Source of the DNA: Trichoplax adhaerens
Lineage: Eukaryota; Animalia; Placozoa
Assembly (NCBI RefSeq): GCF_000150275.1
Contig: NW_002060970.1
Location: 22,197-86,196 of the forward strand
Reading direction: 5' to 3'
DNA length: 64,000 nucleotides
Shown one piece after another: positions 1 through 13,100 of the stretch. The position numbers and the translations under genes are program-made. How positions within the stretch are numbered: position 1 is the first letter of the stretch; the number at the start of each line of letters is the position of its first letter. The notes under the pieces were generated by a model. It did no database searches, was not told the origin of the DNA, and saw only the letters and a program-made list of their open reading frames with translations.

Positions 1-545
1 TAGTAGTTATAGTAAGACAGACAATTTACTGTATAGCTAGCTTTTCAACAATATTATCAAATCTTAATCATCAAAATGAGAACATTAAACTCATTACCGT
101 AAGTAATCTATTTTTATGATATTTTGTTCCCTGACATACCTAATTATAGGGTGTGATAAAATCCAATCACGAAAATTCCAAAGTTGTAGAAATTTAGAAA
201 TTTATTAGATCAAATACAAAGACTAGCTACACACAGCTCTACTCTAGCCGAATACATCTACTGAAAGACTTCTAGAAAGAATAATTAGATAATCTAATGT
301 CTCCTTCATTTATACTCTGCGTAGTCTTATCAGCTACAATCAGCATAGCAGTATTCTACCATATTTTAAACATATTCACCTTTTTATTAGTCACAATATT
401 TTACAGCAAACCATCATTAATCCAATGTAAAAATGATTGCAGTATTTTCGTAGACATTATTCTTACTACTTAAAGTACAATGAACTAAGCACATCCTAGT
501 ACATGATTTACAATTCTATTTCTACCTGTAACGTTATTAGTAGCT

Positions 546-1211
546 TGTCACGGTGCAACTACTCCGTGAATGATACCGTACAAATTAAGTATTTGTGTCT
601 TGATAGATTTCCATACTTATTGTTGATTCTATATGATTTATTCTTTCATACATGACTTGGTTAGAGTCCTATAGTAGTATAAAGGTATGTTATTTAGAGT
701 GTTCCTTTATTAGCCTTGTAATGTAAGCCGAATAGCTGGCATTCCTATTATGTTACGCTAATGAGTCATTTATATATTTTCCATACCGGCTACACCCGTT
801 AGTATGTTTTATCTTAACGAACTGTACGGGGAATCTATTAACGGAATTCGAGACTCCTAATCTTTCTCTTATCTATAATTAAACAAAGAACGATGTTTTT
901 CTCTACAGTTCTACCTATATAAGTTGGGTCGATTAAACATTTATGATTTGACTTGTAACTACGAATATTGCTCGTTAGTAAATGATTGCAGTAATCTTTT
1001 ACGAGTACATCGCGTTGTTCGAATTAGGTGAAATAAAGTAATTCGAATTAGTTGAAATAAAGTAAAAGTAGCTGGACAGTGTAAAATTTATCCATGTAAC
1101 TACAGTCTAGAAGGGAGGTTCTAGGCGAAAACTAAAATAGTGGTTGACAGTAGCAATTTTGAGGAACAGAATACTTTACTTTATTCCTTGTCAGGAGAGT
1201 AGTCCATGACA
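546..1211 (+). mobile_element. Solo-LTR-like element E nested in B1
   Basis: TGTCA...TGACA ends with TSD TAGCT (541-545 / 1212-1216). Copy B2 has a single TAGCT at the empty site. TATATAAG at about 916 and duplicated AATAAA at about 1032 and 1056. Confidence 0.85.
1018..1065. repeat. 24-bp tandem duplication inside element E, duplicating AATAAA
   Basis: ttcgaattaggtgaaataaagtaa / ttcgaattagttgaaataaagtaa. Confidence 0.9.
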
Positions 1212-1409
1212 TAGCTCAACACCATACTGTATATAGTCATCTGTGCTCTAGTATGAAATCTAGCCTTACAGTCTATAATTTTGGGCTACTAAATTTATCA
1301 TAAGATAAATACAGAAAAGATACCACCGTACATCATACTAAACATAGCTAATAGTCTACAATCACAATGCTAAGTTACTTTACATAGGGATACGTCGTTG
1401 TCCTAGTTA

Positions 1410-2140
1410 TCCCATCCACCCACCCTTTAAACGAGCAGCACGGGGGTATTTATACTACTGTTAGATGACTGTCATTATGGGTTCATTTCAATAGGTCAGT
1501 ATAAGATTCTTACAGTACTTTTTACCTCAAGATTTCTTCATGTAAAACGAATAGCTCTAAGGTAGTCATTTCTGCAGAGTACTGATTTTTTTAAATAGTA
1601 TTCGTTATATCGCTAAGGGTGGCCACTGGGCCTTTCAATTTTGATTTGATATAATACTCTGATGAAAATTGAATAAACATAGAATCTTTATAGAGTTTTC
1701 TACACAGCCATTTTGATTGTCATATTTTCTTATAACGGTTGTTATCGACAAAGCAAGTTTGCTTGCTTACGCAAGCGATCCTTAGACACATTATAATGAT
1801 TGGTATAGAATTGACCACAATATTAAGGACATTGTATCGCACTGTCGATATCTTCCAGTACCTGCTAATCTTAACTTGGTATGTCCATCATCGTGTATTA
1901 GCTATCATGATGTGCTTAGAACCATGAACTAATCTTAATATAGCATTTCATAGCATTTCATAGCATTTCATCTGTGAATGCATTATTGAAAAGTAGTATC
2001 CTGGAAGCATAGCTGTGACTATAGTAATGCCTGGCTATTACCGGGATATATATAATGTCGAATGGTAATACTATCTGTAAATTATTAACAAATGGGTACA
2101 TTATCGTAAACCTCAGCAAAGCGACGTGAGTTTGTACTGG
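1410..2140 (+). mobile_element. Non-autonomous Helitron copy 1
   Basis: A|TC 5' end, subterminal GC hairpin, CTGG|T 3' end, no TSD; closely similar to 6427-7147 and 19247-19842. Confidence 0.85.
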
Positions 2141-4180
2141 TAATAATTAAGCTTCAGAGAACAGTTTCATTTTTCTATAGGGCTGATCTTGATTCAATCG
2201 TAAACCTGTAATTAGGTCTGCATGTACAATCATGAATAAATCCAAAATTTCTTCAAATTCGAAAATTCATTGATTTATCTAAATATTATACGTTTACGGC
2301 CTTGGGAACGATTTTGCTTAACCGGTCATAATTTTACATACTGTAAATAAACTATAAGCTCTTAAAGTAACATGATAAGAAACTAGTACTTCAATTCTTC
2401 TGACTGCTTCTAGACAGGATGATTCATATTTTAAAAGTAGATGCTATGAAGAGTGAAGAATTTTACTCTTGTTAATTTTATAATATTATATTCCTGAAAT
2501 TTGTTTATTATTAGATTTATTCTCTTATATTTTGAGTTACTTATACGCACTATAACTATACATTATAACTATGTGGCTAAACTTACCTAATTAGGGATAA
2601 TAATTATTTTGAACGCTATTTTCAAATTTCTAAAATTACATTAATTATTTGTATTAAGCCTGTGACGCACTTGCTGTGAGATATCTTTTACATGGAATTA
2701 TCTTAAAAATCGTACATTTTAAGATACGGCTTCGAACATACCTAATGCATTATCTATATTACAGGACATCTGTTTCAGTCTCAATTTCTTATAATAATTA
2801 CTTCCTTATTGTTTCCTAGAATGATAATATAAATCAATGAGTGATAAATTAATGCTAAAGCGCCCCTGAATTTGTGTGGAGCTGCATAAGCTTCTATATA
2901 TCCGAAAATTTTAAAAGCGTGCCTACTTGCGTAGCGTTGAGAAATTAATTAATTTTGAATACATTTATAAATTTTTCTGTAGCAAAACATTGATTTTTAA
3001 CCAAATAAGATTATTTAGAAAAGGTGTAAGATCTCTCTTACTTCACTTTACTTCAATTTGATCAATTTGCTAGAATTAGCAAAGCACTATCTTATCTCAA
3101 AATAAGAATAGCCAATATAGATATAGCCTTCAAATTCAAAAGGTTTATTAAACCGCTATACAAATCACGTTTTGGGAGGTGCATCGTAAATCCCTTCTCT
3201 TCCCTCATAAGAACAGTCGAAAGTGGCTAAGATAAACCGGACAATCGGACTTAGCCAATTTTCTACCAATCACAATTTCATACAAATCATACATCTAAAA
3301 GTCTCTACTCTCTATATAATAATTCCTTACTAGAAAACATCAGTCGAAGCCAGAAACGACATCCGACTAAGATAAACCGAATAATTATCCCGATACTTAG
3401 GACTGTAGAATCATCATGCAGGCTACCACTATTTGCTATAGTACCAAGTTCTTATAACTAGAGCATTACTTAACTAGTTGATTCTGAAGGAATTTTGAAA
3501 TTTACTTGGCACTACAAAAGGTTATGATAAAAATTTGACAACTGTGTTTCTAAAATGGAGTTTTGTTACAAGGAAGAAATTGATAACCTGTAATTAGCTG
3601 AACTTTAATGTAAGTTCCACTTTGTTGATTGACGTCTTTAATTGTACAGATAAAAGAAAATAATTGATTGTTTCTAAGCTGCTCAAATAGCAGTTGTCAC
3701 CTTAATTAAATTATTATGGCAGCAATTAATTTTCATCTATCTAACAAGATTAAAGTTCAAACTTCCACCATGGTAATCACGTAATTGGAGTTTAGAATCC
3801 TCGGATAAAACCTTTTTTACCGTTTAGCAAAGTAAAATTGAAGATGTTTGCACCATTGTTAACTTTTAGAAAAGCTGTAAGCTACCTATCTATATATCTA
3901 TCAGGGTGATTAGATTATCTCATTAAAGTTTCATATCTTTCAGATAGCTATTTCTCAAAGGTAATTCATGAAAATTAAATAATGCACATTAAAAATTTCC
4001 TCAGTAGCTATATCTTCTGTAAACGGATAAGAAATAATTTCTACGAAAACACCAATAAAATTTTAAATCCTGTGCAAAGCTAATATTTTAATATAAATTA
4101 TGTTAGGCGAAAAATAAATTAAAAAAAAATCTCGCTGAAACAATTTGCTAACTTCACAAACTATCACCTGCAAATCAGTT

Positions 4181-7100
4181 ATGGCTCTTGTACATGCAAC
4201 AGTTAAGTTCTTACTCTTCATTTGGGCACCAATGGTAAGTTTCAAGTAAAATTGCAATTAGTACTATCTATATGCCTAGACTTTTAATAAAGTTTTAAAC
4301 TTTAATGCATACTTGGTAAATATGGATATGATTGAAAGTACTTGAAGGATTAATATTAGTAGCGCTGCTTCGAAACGAAACCAAAGTATCTTATTTTGAT
4401 TAAATTATATCTGCATTTCTGTCTCTTCTCAATTAGGTTTTTCATGGCCGTTTAGGTACTATTTTGTAATTAGCAGTGAATAAGAAAATTATTCTGACAT
4501 GACTTATTTTGTCATGGTATTTCTGATTTAATCATTCCACTTAGAATAAGTGGAATAATTATTTGAATTAATGTCATAGAACTTAAAAATGCTAACTTAA
4601 TTTCCAGGATTCGAAATTTACACACAAATTAATGTTAGGGTTTCGTTGTGTAACTTCAATATCATGTTCTCACTTTAATCTATTTTGATCTAATGGTTTC
4701 AATGCTGTAATATTTAGTCGCTTCTGATGCGGTTAATGGTACTTGTGATCCAGGTTGGCTACAATTCAGAGATAAATGTATTTCATTTTCCTCCAAAATG
4801 AACTATGAGAATGCGTTAAAGTATTGCCAAAACATCAAAAGTAGTTTGATGGAAATTGATAGTGTGGAAAAGGAATCGTTTGTTGCAAGTTCTGTTCCAG
4901 ACTCATCGAATGTCTACTGGTTAGGATTGATAGACTTGGTTGGTAATGATAGCATCAATGATCATGTATGGGTGCAAAGCAATCGTTCCGTCATTGCTAC
5001 TGGCTATCAAAACTGGGGGCTTTCTAACCCCGGAAAAGCCTCTCAACGTTGCGTAGTTTTACGCAATTCGCCGCCTTACCAATGGTATGATCGGAGTTGT
5101 GACGACACTTATTATGCTATCTGTGAAAAAAGTAAGTTAGTGTAATTAAATGCAATGAAGAAAGTACTAAAATTGTATCATCATTTCATTGTGATCCAAT
5201 GCAATTTGAGTACTATATTATATCAAATTTTCATTGCATATCAAGGTAGGTGATATGGTCTGTATTAACGCAAATTAATCGCCGATATATTATTTCATTA
5301 CTGCAACATCATTCTAACTCTAATTTTACTTGCGCAAAAGTATAAAATGAGGTTTACTGCACAGAATATGTTTCTTAAATGAAGGAGTTTGTACATTCCA
5401 TATTTTGCAAAGAAATTTTTACCCTGATTTATTGTTTCACTACTGCCATTTCCTTCTAGTCTTAATTTTACTAGTATAATAGTAGAGAAATCGGATTTAT
5501 TTCATATGTTGTAATCATCAATTTAAGGAGTTCATAAATAAGGTAGTTCGCAATTTGCAAATTGTCTGATTTCAAAAGTTGCCGTCAACTTATACTGTTG
5601 TATTTCATTACCGCAATATCATTCTAGCCACAATTGTACATGTATAACAGTAGAGAAATGAGGGTATGTTTTACGTGTTCTAATCCTCGAATGAAGGAGT
5701 TTGTACATTACATATTTCGCAAGAAAATATTTCATTTCGGTTTCTGAGAATTATATTATCTAATGTTTTATAGTAATAAAATATTTGAATACCAAATTGC
5801 TATAATTTACCAAGTTTAGGATAGTCAAAAAAAATGTGTATAAGATATCCTAAGAATATATAATTATGCTATTTATTCAATATCTGTAGTATGCTGACGG
5901 AGTAAGTGAATATATTGTATGCGTTATTATTTTAAGATTCGGTGAAAGATATTGTGGCTTCGTCAACGGTTGGATATCCAATGTCGTCGACTGCAGGTAT
6001 GTAACTGCTCAATACTTTTCATATGTACTTTGATGGCTTAACTAGGTAGAAACTTCGTTTGACAGCAATGGTATTAAAAGCTGAGTCTTGGTAAATATCG
6101 TAGATTTTACCTTATTGCGGCTAAATATAGTGCTTAAAACATTCTCAGCAAGAATTAAGAGGTCTATTGTGGACAAAATGTCGTACGATATTGAAAATTT
6201 TTTCCGTATATTGATTTTTCATTTTCAGTTTAATTTAGTATTCAAATGGTAAATATTAAATAGTATAACAGAGTATAAATTTTTACAACATTTTAAGCTA
6301 TCTTAGGCTTTAATTAGGATCTCAAAAGTTTCATAGGCAGTTTCTATGGTTCTATTAGTCTACAAATTAAAAATTAATTGCAGAGTTGCAGTATCAATCA
6401 TTTTCTTCTCTCATCTTTCATCGTAATCCCACCCACCGTCCCTTTAAACAAGCAGCACGGGGGTATTTATACTACTGTTAGATGACTGTCATTATGGGTT
6501 CATTTCAATAGGTCAGTATAACAATCTTACAGTACATTTTACCTTAAGATTTCTCCATGTAAAATGAATAGCTCTAAGGTAGTAATTTCTGCAGAGTACT
6601 GATTTTTTAAATAGTATTCATTATATCGCTAAGGGTGGCCACTAGACCTTTCAATTTTGATTTGATGTAATACTCTGATGAAATGGAATAAACATAAAAT
6701 CTTTATAGAGTTTTCTACACTACCATTTTGATTGTTACATTTTCTTATAACGGTTGTTATTGACAGAGTAAGCTTTGCTTGCATAAGCAAGCGATCCTTA
6801 GACGCACTATAATGGTTGATATATAATTGACCACAGTACTAAGGACATTGTACCGCGCTGTCGATATCTTACCGTACCTGCTAATCTTAACTTGGTATGT
6901 CCATCACCGTACATGAGTTATCATAATGTGCTTTGGACCATGAACTAATCTTAATATAGCATTTCATAGCATTTCATTCGTGAATGCATTATTAAAAAGT
7001 AGTATTCGACAAGCATAGCTGTGAATATAGTAGTGCCTGGCTATTACCGGGATATATATAATGTCGAATGGTAATACTATCTGCTAATTATTAACAAATG

Positions 7101-10100
7101 GGTACATTATCGTAAACCGTCAGCAAAGCGACGTGAGTTTGTACTAGTACCTAATAATATCAGTGCTAATTTCTACTTGAATTCCTATAATAGTAAATAC
7201 CGCTCGAAGTAATGTTTATAGCTCTAGGCATATATGGCACTCTTCATAAGTTAATGTTACAGTACTTCCTAAATTAACAACTAGATCATTTTTCACTTTA
7301 AAAAATTTTATGTCACTGAAAGCCAACGTTAATCTAACCAGTGCATAAATCTGTTATGTATAGTGATAGAGACTGAAATATTTAAAGCCTAAAATGTTGA
7401 TACTCGAATATTTACGAAAGTTTAAAAAGAGTCATAACACGCTTAACATTCCTTTTTTATGGCTATATTAAATATTTATAATAAATCTATTACTAGTATT
7501 ATCAGCAATGATTATTGTACGCCTAGGTTTCTTGTACAGGCAATATGTGTAAAATAAGAAACTGTATTACTACTTTAGAATGTAAATTTTTTGGTTAGTT
7601 ACCAAAATTCGGAAATGCAATATACCTTGTCCGTGTTATTGATTACATATAATTACTCATTCTCTACATTCCGCTAAACTCGAAAAAATATATAAATATA
7701 GTATCGTGCCTAAGCAAGTGTAGTGTATTTGGATTGTACTGTCACTGTAATCTACTCTTAAATATAGAAATTTTGTATTGCTATTAAATACAGACACATT
7801 TACAGTCTATTCGCTCTACATTAAAATATGGTTTACTACATTTAGTTATTACAGTCCTAGCTATTTTCTACAATCATCTGTTATTCAATAACCTGTTATG
7901 GTATATGTTGTATCTAATCCTACAATCATGTTCTCTGCATGTGTTCTAATGCCATAGCTATAAATACCGCCGTTTTCTACCTTAGATTTCTTTAGTTGCA
8001 TTATTAGCCACAGTTAGTATTTACACTTTACTCACGGCAGCTACCACGCTGATCTACCGTAATTATCACATTATACTTAACTACTATGTACAATAAAGTA
8101 TCCCTTTTCTCAGGCTCCTTGTGCAATTCTCTGCATGGTAACTAAAACCACATTATCTGACTCTTCGAACCCTCCATCACAGCAAGTTCTCTTTTAAGCT
8201 AATGTCTCTGTTAATGTGGGACATCTCTGCTGTAATAATAATTTGATTAATGCCTAAATACATCATTTAAAAACGATCTAATGAAGGAATTCGTTTATAA
8301 AAAATGGATAGGCTATAAGCTGTAAAAAATCATGCTGAGAAAACATAATTCCGTTACGAGTACTACACATTTTTTATTTATTTTTTCTAGCTTTCTGTAA
8401 TAACATCGTTGAATTGATATCAGAACTAAAAACATTGTTTGTTCATGTAATATATTAAATTATACTTCTACCATAAAGATATTTTTATAAGATAGCTCAA
8501 TAATGATTTCAATACTAATTCTAATGCTTAATACAAATATAGAGATTTCAAGATCACTTGGACCCAGTTGTGATATTGGATGGACCCAATATAATGACGT
8601 TTGCCTAAAATATGTAGCCATTTCTGCCAGTTTCGCAGTAGCTACCAGTTATTGTAAAAATGACGATAGCTATTTAGTTGAGATAAAAAATGAGAGTAAA
8701 CAATGCTTTCTTAAGAAATATATTCTACAAAGCGATACCACTTGGTGTGGCTTAAGGGATGTTGTAGGCGATGACAAGATGTCTAGTCATCGTTGGACTA
8801 AGAGCAATCTTTCGCTAGTTGATACTGGATATACAAAATGGAGTACTTTCAGTCCTGATTTACTATATCAGGAATGCGTCGCACTTGTGCCTGTATCACA
8901 AGAGTGGTTATGGTTCGATCGCACATGCTATCAGAATTATCATTTTATTTGCGAAAAAAGTAAGATATAAAAAAAACCAATATTGTTATTTGTATAGTTT
9001 TGTCACCATCGATGGTAGAAAAGTAATTTATCGATCATCAATGCCATTTTCACTAAATAGAATGTTATTATTCTATTTTCAATTACATATTCGTTAATGC
9101 TATTCAAATTATACTACTTGTCTATGCTTAAATAGTAAATTTAAGTGATGGATTGCTTTCAATTTTAGTATATCGGATTCATTATAAGCAGCTATCATTC
9201 ATTTTACCACTCGTTAGGGGACGTCTGATAATTGATTGATAAAGCACTATTTTTTTTCTTTTCTTCTTTTATGATATCTTACATTTATTGATGATCATTA
9301 CTAGCAATACAGATTCACTTTTGGGTAATTTAGTCTATAATTATCAAATGAAAGTTAGATATTAAGAGTTCTGTAAATGAGGGCTGATCACAGTTACTTT
9401 TTATCAACATGCGTCCTAAACAGAGGCATACACGCTGGGATCTTCCTCATACACTTGTGAAATAACATCAAGCATAAAGAATGAAGTATCAATCTCATCA
9501 ACATCTGAAGGTAAGACACGGCTATTTATCATTGTTTTCTTACTTGTATAATACAAGTATGATAGACATGAGCTACATATAATATTTGCTATCCTATAAG
9601 ACTAAAATCGTAAATCAAGTACCATAAAGACTTCTCTATCTCTCATGTTTCTTACTAATTTTATTAGACTTGTCTAGCGCTAGTTCCAAATATATGAAGT
9701 TAGTATTTGCTCCTTTGCTTAGCAAAATCCAAAATGTGGTAGTTCGTATAAGACTCAAAAAATTCTACAGACGTCTCTTCTTTAGGCATTGCTCTTAAAC
9801 TATCCGGCCTAGTATACGTTTTAATAGATAAGCATGGTGTAGCCAATTTCAGTTTACAGGGCTTTGCCAATATGTAGAAAACAGAATATGTTCTTAATTT
9901 TATACAAACACTGTTTATGAGCTCAAAATTGGATATGAATTCAAATATTGTAATCAGTTTATATTACCAGCTAGCTATAGAGAGATTATATGCTTATAAA
10001 TGTTATTAAGGCGCAAAGCTTATATAATAGTCAAATACTGAGTTTGACGACATCATAACATTATTACATTTCGCACATCCAAGGCACAGGTAACCCAAAA

Positions 10101-13100
10101 TAGTATCAACATTTTATTTACATGGCCTAATTTAATCTGTGCATTGGTAGTGGCATTCATTTTCACGATAAAGGGGAAAGTGAATTTAGGATATATGATT
10201 GAAATTTTATATCATGATAATAATTTTAAATTCTAACATTATAATTATTTGATGGTATAAGATATTTTATGCATTGCTTACGGTAATCAGTCACACACTA
10301 AAGGGAAAAATAAAGTTATAATAATGTATGTGAAGACAATAATAACAATTTCAATCGTTACATCATAATGCTAATTATAAATTTTAGCATTATTACGGTA
10401 TAATACGCACTCAATCTTCTAAAATTTTACCACGTCATGCAGTAAGTGGTTTTATTAATACTGGTAACTAAAATCACATAACGAATTAAGTGAAATCTTT
10501 AAACAGTAATGATAATTGAGAGAATGTGATAAATAAATTAGAAGTTAATTGGAAGCTTACGATAGGGATAGACTGGAAATTGAAAATACTTTAAAAATTA
10601 GATTTTAAACAGAAGGCTTAATGATTTCCATTAGAATTAAGTAGAATATAAGCAAAGCAGTTAAGTTAATAGAGATGCTTATGGATAAAGGATAGGCAGC
10701 TATAGCATAATATTCTTTAGAAAATTAAAAATTTTAGGTCTACTATATTGTGAGCATTTAAGTTGCATCACCGGCATTCAAAGGCGATACGCAAGACAAC
10801 CTAGAGTAATTTACTTAGAATAGCGCTTTGATTCTAATATGGCTTGCATTACTCTAGAAATTACTAAAACATCTAGCTATCAATATCGTATGCATTATCT
10901 TTATAATTCCCTAGTCTTAAATCAAATTCAATGCTGAAATATTTTAACGACAGATTGTGTGATCATTATGTTTGTAATCTGATGTAAATACAAACCATAC
11001 ATCTGGTTTTGCAGGAAAATAGGAGTAAAAAATTGTGAAATTTCTTACACGTTAGATTTGTCAATGTAGCTCACATTTAGCATGCACCGTATTAAATTTA
11101 TTTCATTTATAGATATTCGCATTAGCAGCAGCAACATAGCTGTGTCGGAACCCTCGTCTGATATTGGAAATACTTCAGTGAGTACCGATAATTCATTGAC
11201 GTCGATATCAAATCTGGAGGTGGATAGCGTTAGTTCCCCTTTAATCGCGAGCATTNNNNNNNNNNNNNNNNNNNNNNNNNNNNNNNNNNNNNNNNNNNNN
11301 NNNNNTTTCTCGTCTGATTATTTTAATGGGATACAACATCTGATAATATGCAAAGTAGCACCGTCCAGAAATTTAATTTAGGAATTCCTCAGCAAACACA
11401 AATAGGACTGGAGCCTCTTTATAGTTCTAAACAGTACGCCGTCTCCAGTAGTGCATATGATGATTCATCAATTGAAAATGAGTATCCTGCGTTTATGATT
11501 GAAGATGATGCAATTAACGCGTCTTTAATCTCCATCACTTCTGTCTCAGCAACGTTGCCTTATAGTAAAAATAACTGGATTGAATTTTTCAAGCCTAATT
11601 CTGTACTAGGAAGCTCCGCATTATCAACTTCCATATCAACGTCCAAGAACAATCCAAGTTGGATTAAATCTTCACTTGAGCACCATATCAATGCTTCAAA
11701 ATTAATGTTGCAGAGCATCGAAAGTGCTAACTTATTAACATCAAGTATTGTATTACCTTCCATTCATCCTATTTCTGCTACAACTGCATCGCAAGGGATT
11801 CAGATTGATAATATTTTGGATTATGTAAGTTGCTTGGAAAATATAACAACTTAAAATTTATTACCTACGGTTAAGAGCCCGATTTTTCTTTGTATGACAT
11901 GCTATTAGATTGTAATTTTTATATTATTCTGTATTGTAGACATTAGAATCAGTATTTTACTTCAATTGTTTTATTTTAATATCCATGCAGGCTAATATTG
12001 CTTATAGATTAAACTTTGGCATAATTTTTATCGATTGATCTAGATTTATAATGCAGAGAAGATCGATAGCGCTCACTGTAATTACATTGTTAATGCTGTT
12101 CGCCATCTAAGCACTGAACTTAGTGGAAATAAAGCTGAATCGTACATAGACGGATTGTCCATAATGAGCAACAAATTGATCTTAAATGATACCACTATAG
12201 ATATAAAACGAAATATTTTGGAGGTTAGTATGACCTAGAATCGATTATAGCTTAAAAGATAGGAGTTTTAGTCATTAATGAAGCAGTTATATTTTCCTAG
12301 ACTATTATTTATTTTATGGACACATTAAACGCCAAGTTTACCGGTACTGATGCTTCTAAGGTATATTATAAATAACTACGTTCACGATCAGAAAATCAAT
12401 CCGTAATAAAATAAGAGCTAGCGTTTATTACAACCTATTCTCGATATCAATTAAAAACTTGCTCGACTAACGTACATTTAAAATTTAAAGTTCCTAGTCA
12501 TAAGCGAATCATATAGTTCTCAAATATGTACATTAATATGAATTAATTTATATCTTATTGAAAGCTAGAAGATAATAATAATTGTATTCATATTCTAGAA
12601 TGCTTTGAAGGCTACAACTCAGATGAATATTATAAATGAAATCGGGAATAGAATTGCACTTACATTACCAGTAGGTGCTTCTTTTAGTGTATCTTACTGC
12701 AAGGAGGCTTGTAAGTATGCTAAAGAGTTAATTTATTGCTTTAGTAGAATACCTTAGACTATCGATGTAGAGTCATTTTACTAATACTATTTATTGTTAA
12801 TGATTGTAAATAAATAAGATAATTTATTACTTGATGTTGCTAGGTTCTAATCTTACTATTCAAGTTCAGAATGGAACAGAATTTCGAATGACAGGATACC
12901 GAGTAGTTTACAATTCATCTAGAACAGAAAAAGTTGCAATTCAGCTTTCTAATGGTGCTTTTAATTCAGGTAGACTCTACTATTTCTTTACTCGTACATA
13001 TATAATGAAACTTATTTCTATTCTTCCTAAGATTTCAGAGCTTAGAAATATCAACATTATAGCATGTTTATTACAATTTAATTCTCTCTTACCGTGCTAC

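Larger units (their letters stand above)
152..1384 (-). mobile_element. Solo-LTR-like element, family B copy 1 (interrupted by element E)
   Basis: TGTGAT...TTACA ends with perfect 5-bp TSD TAGGG (147-151 / 1385-1389); homologous to 13822-14358, 45738-46286 and 53733-54282. Confidence 0.85.

Noticed and set aside
1-136. Possible end (..CCTGACA) of another LTR-like element
   Set aside because: Cut by the window start; no TSD or second copy to test.
1739-1927. 62-aa ORF and its homolog at 19441-19659 (-)
   Set aside because: Both lie inside Helitron copies; the frame is broken in copy 2 (TAA) and has no recognisable domain.
4798-5145. CTL ORFs as stand-alone single-exon lectin genes (also 8503, 28517, 56842)
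   Set aside because: Each is bounded by phase-1 AG/GT sites at the domain edges and lacks its own signal peptide; the ORF ends are intronic read-through.
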